Below are positions 61,352-64,000 of a stretch of 64,000 bases of DNA, in pieces. Numbering within the stretch: the first letter of the stretch is position 1; each line of letters begins with the position of its first letter. This DNA comes from an uncultured Planctomycetota bacterium (GTDB lineage: Bacteria > Planctomycetota > Planctomycetia > Isosphaerales > Isosphaeraceae). The notes beneath the pieces were generated by a model. The model made no database searches. It was given only the letters and a program-made list of their open reading frames with translations, and was not told where the DNA came from. The stretch lies in contig CAWGMQ010000005.1 in the NCBI GenBank assembly GCA_963823665.1, positions 960,001 through 1,024,000 on the forward strand. The letters run 5' to 3'. Made by a program: the position numbers and the translations under genes.

Positions 61352-62188
61352 GTGGCCGTTCAACAGAAAACCAGCACGATCGATGCGGAGCAGGTCGCAT
61401 CCGCTCCAGTGATCGAGAATGAGATACCGACTTACCGAGCGATCAGCGCCCGCGCCATCTTCAGCGTGGCGTTCGGCGTCTTGTCGGGGTGCAGCTTCGC
61501 TCATTGGATCTTCTACGTCTTTGCGGTCCTGGCAATCGTGTTCGGCATCTGGGCGCACCTGAAGATCCAGCAGCTTCCTGACATCCTCACCGGCAAGGGC
61601 CTGGCCAACTTCGGTATCGGTCTGGGCCTGGTTTTCGGTCTGGCGTCGGGGACGGTCAGCACCGTCGAATACATGGTGCGAATGAGACAGGCGACCTTGT
61701 TTGCCAACACGTTTGCCGCTGTGCTCGAACGGGCCGACCGAGCTGAAATGCTCTGGTACAACGCTCATCCCGACATGAGAAAGGGGAAGACGGCCGCGCA
61801 GGTGGCGGAAGATCTGGACTCCAAGCCAAACGAGAGGAAGATGATGGAAATGAGCATGGGCCCGCTTGCCCAGATGGTCAAGCTGCAAAAACGGCTCGCT
61901 TCAACAAAGGGACAGGAGGTCAAATTCGTCAAGATCGTGGCGATCGGAGACGAGGCGGGGCTGGGCACGGACTTGAAGATATACGCTCTGGCGCTTTACC
62001 GGATTGAAGGGGCACCGAGCAAGGATTCTCCGCTAGACCATGAGTACACGCTCGCCGTGATGAAAGCCAGGCCCGTGGGTCGCGTGTACGAGTGGTGGGT
62101 TCACGAGGTCATGTATCCGTACACGAATCAGACGTACGTTCCTGCCGAGGAGCCCGTTGGTCACGGCGAAGACGGGCATGGGCATTAA
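61352..62188 (+). CDS. DUF4190-like membrane protein
   Basis: YRAISARAIFSVAFG...AIVFGIWAHLKI...LTGKGLANFGIGLG; GGAG RBS before the GTG; His-rich end. Confidence 0.78.
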   Translation: MAVQQKTSTIDAEQVASAPVIENEIPTYRAISARAIFSVAFGVLSGCSFAHWIFYVFAVLAIVFGIWAHLKIQQLPDILTGKGLANFGIGLGLVFGLASGTVSTVEYMVRMRQATLFANTFAAVLERADRAEMLWYNAHPDMRKGKTAAQVAEDLDSKPNERKMMEMSMGPLAQMVKLQKRLASTKGQEVKFVKIVAIGDEAGLGTDLKIYALALYRIEGAPSKDSPLDHEYTLAVMKARPVGRVYEWWVHEVMYPYTNQTYVPAEEPVGHGEDGHGH

Positions 62189-62245
62189 GTTTGCTGGAAC
62201 GTCGGGCAAGAGTGCCGGACCCACACGACCGTCGTGCGGTTCGCT

Positions 62246-62653
62246 TCATGTTCTTGATGTGTACGTTGAGAAGCAATGCTCGGTTTCCCAGAGCACGACC
62301 TCGACGACCGGGAGCCCTGCCCGGGCGGTTTGCTCGTGAATCAGCCGGGCGATGTTCTCGGCGGTCGGGTTGCAATCCATCACGAAGACGCGCTCGCCGC
62401 GCTCCTTGAGCACCGGCAAGATCGGATCGTCGCGGCAGAGCAGCATGTTGTGATCCAGGTTGTCGTCGATCCATTGCTGCACAGACTTCTTGATATCGCC
62501 GAAGTCGATGAGCATGCCGCGTGAATCGAGCTCGTGGCCCTCGAGTGTGATCACGGCACGGCCGTTGTGCCCGTGCAGGTGCCGGCACTTGCCTTCGTAG
62601 TTCAGCAGGCGATGGCCGTAACAGAATTCGATCTCGCGTGTGACTCGAAACAT
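62246..62653 (-). CDS. queD: 6-carboxytetrahydropterin synthase (QueD/PTPS)
   Basis: FCYGHRL, KCRHLHGHN, GMLIDF, LDH, NPTAENIA, WET. Confidence 0.93.
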   Translation of the reverse strand: MFRVTREIEFCYGHRLLNYEGKCRHLHGHNGRAVITLEGHELDSRGMLIDFGDIKKSVQQWIDDNLDHNMLLCRDDPILPVLKERGERVFVMDCNPTAENIARLIHEQTARAGLPVVEVVLWETEHCFSTYTSRT

Positions 62654-62719
62654 GGTGTCTGGGAATCTCGCTGGAAGACGGGAGGTCATGGTCCATGGGG
62701 TGCGGTGATCGAGAAGAAA

Positions 62720-62780
62720 GGTCCGCGACGGCGGACCCTACGGGAGATAGAAAAGACTGGCCCGCAATGGCGGACCCTAC
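62720..62780 (-). repeat. Two GTAG-family REP-like palindromes
   Basis: Minus strand GTAGGGTCCGCCATTGCGGGCC (62780-62759) and GTAGGGTCCGCCGTCGCGGACC (62741-62720): GTAG followed by a GGTCCGC/GCGGACC hairpin. Confidence 0.8.
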
Positions 62781-63457
62781 GGGGCAGCGCGGTCATTTTG
62801 GTACGGTGTCAGGTCGGGGATTCCGGCGGCGGCGAAGCCGTTTTTCCGCTCGGCACATTTGTTGCAAACTCCGCAGTGGCGGTCCTGGATCGGGTTGATG
62901 CAGGAGAAGGTCAAGTGCAGGGGCAAATCTCTTCCGCGGCGCACAACGTCAATCTTGTGCAAGTGGTCAAAGGGCCGAATCAGCTTCAAGCTGCCGTCCA
63001 TCGCACTGTTCAAGAGGCTTTCGAGATCGTGAAAGAAGGAAGGCGTGCTGTCGGGAAACGGGTTTGATCCCAGACTGCCCAGGGCCAAGGCATTGATTTT
63101 GCGCAGCCGGCACCAGACGGCCGCCTTGGTCGTCAGCAGGAGGTTGCGGCCGGGAAGGTAGACGGCGGAGTCCGGCGTTTCCGAGCCGGGAACGCTCGAG
63201 CCGTTTGTGCTCCAGTGGTCGCCGTAGACATCGGCGATCGGCTCTTCGAGGACGACCAGCTTGTCGAGGCCGGGCCGCTCAACAGCCGCGAGGAATCGGC
63301 GTAGCGACGCGAGCTCGGCGCTTTCCCAGCGCAGACCGCTGCGGATATAAAGCGGGACGACCCGGCGAAAGTCATGCAGCATTTCCACGCAGAGAACGGC
63401 GCTGTCGAGGCCGCCGCTGATCAGAACGCCCGAGCCATCGCGCGGTGATTCCGGCAA
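62777..63457 (-). CDS. queC: 7-cyano-7-deazaguanine synthase
   Basis: SGGLDS, YLPGRNLLL, FPDS, TFSC...HCGVCNKCAER. Confidence 0.92.
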   Translation of the reverse strand: MPESPRDGSGVLISGGLDSAVLCVEMLHDFRRVVPLYIRSGLRWESAELASLRRFLAAVERPGLDKLVVLEEPIADVYGDHWSTNGSSVPGSETPDSAVYLPGRNLLLTTKAAVWCRLRKINALALGSLGSNPFPDSTPSFFHDLESLLNSAMDGSLKLIRPFDHLHKIDVVRRGRDLPLHLTFSCINPIQDRHCGVCNKCAERKNGFAAAGIPDLTPYQNDRAAP

Positions 63458-63460
63458 GAG

Positions 63461-64000
63461 TCAGCCTTTCTGCGCCCGATCGGGCCCGGTTGCTGTTTCG
63501 GCGGATGCGTCGTCAGCGAGCCGGCGCTCGACCCACTCGAGCGCCTCGCGTTTGTTGTGGATCACTCCCTCGAGCTGAGCATCGCGAAGCTGCTCGAGCA
63601 AGGCCGCAAAACGAGGGCCGGGCTCGAGGCCGTGGCGCACCAGGTCGTGGCCGTTCAAGAGCGGGGGCGGGTTGATCGGACCGGTTGGCTGCGATTCGAC
63701 ATAGCGCCGGCAGTAATCAACTTCTTCGCTGTTGCCGAACGACGCGAGCGCGTCGGCCTCGTGGAGGGCGAGAAGCTCTTCGATTCCGGGCGCGGCGAGG
63801 ATTCGCTTGAGCTTGGACTCGCGAAGGCTGCGGGCCTCTCCCAGATACTGGTGATGGGAAACAAGCCAATGAATCCGCTCGCGTTCGGCGTTGGCGAGCT
63901 TGAGCGAACGACAAAGCCGCTCGGCGATCCGGGCGCCGGCCTGCTCGTGGTGATGGAACGAGTAGCGGCCGCGATGGAGCGCTTTCGTTGTCGGTTTGCC
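63461..64000 (-). CDS. CCA tRNA nucleotidyltransferase / HD-domain protein, C-terminal part (5' end outside window)
   Basis: Open frame from the window edge: GKPTT...FHHHEQAGARIAERLCRSLKL...PPLLNGHDLVRHGLEPGPRF...QLEG. Confidence 0.85.
   Translation of the reverse strand, partial: GKPTTKALHRGRYSFHHHEQAGARIAERLCRSLKLANAERERIHWLVSHHQYLGEARSLRESKLKRILAAPGIEELLALHEADALASFGNSEEVDYCRRYVESQPTGPINPPPLLNGHDLVRHGLEPGPRFAALLEQLRDAQLEGVIHNKREALEWVERRLADDASAETATGPDRAQKG

Noticed and set aside
62246..63457. queC/queD as part of a 7-deazaguanine DNA-modification (dpd) defence island
   Set aside because: No dpdA/TGT-like or other dpd genes are in the window; the context next to a CCA-adding enzyme fits ordinary tRNA queuosine synthesis.

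Overview
GC-rich bacterial DNA, most likely Planctomycetota (Isosphaeraceae-like). This is inferred from the LEPRxLL leaders, the ECF/kinase-WD40 module, the Uma2 gene and the many HlyD-type genes. The left 28 kb is an accessory region. It holds a giant (>6,300 aa, running off the left edge) minus-strand LEPRxLL-leader filamentous surface protein broken by three single-base frameshifts. That gene is preceded by an unannotated 53-aa leader-only ORF and a TIGR03032 fragment. Divergent from these are an ECF sigma factor, two paralogous zinc-finger/Ser-Thr kinase/WD40 genes (both interrupted) and a WD40 remnant, ending at three non-canonical tRNA genes (Phe, Glu, Pro). The middle is mostly core-type genes (RlmI-like methyltransferase, clpS, ruvX, S53 protease, thyX, Uma2), plus a three-gene operon of GAF-HlyD, HlyD and an RRE-like/M50/HlyD fusion with no ABC, RND or TolC partner. 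The right part has two orphan membrane-fusion proteins, a PDZ/Sel1 protein and an unusual signal-peptide + 2xPASTA + RHS protein with a ~736-aa C-terminal extension ending in ~18 Asp/Cys/Met tandem repeats. The window ends with queD, queC and a partial CCA-adding enzyme. The best candidates for undescribed systems are (i) a protease-coupled, ABC-less export system that may handle LEPRxLL-leader proteins and (ii) the PASTA-RHS protein with its repeat tail. Many frameshifts may be sequencing errors. All family calls come from motif recognition, not database searches.
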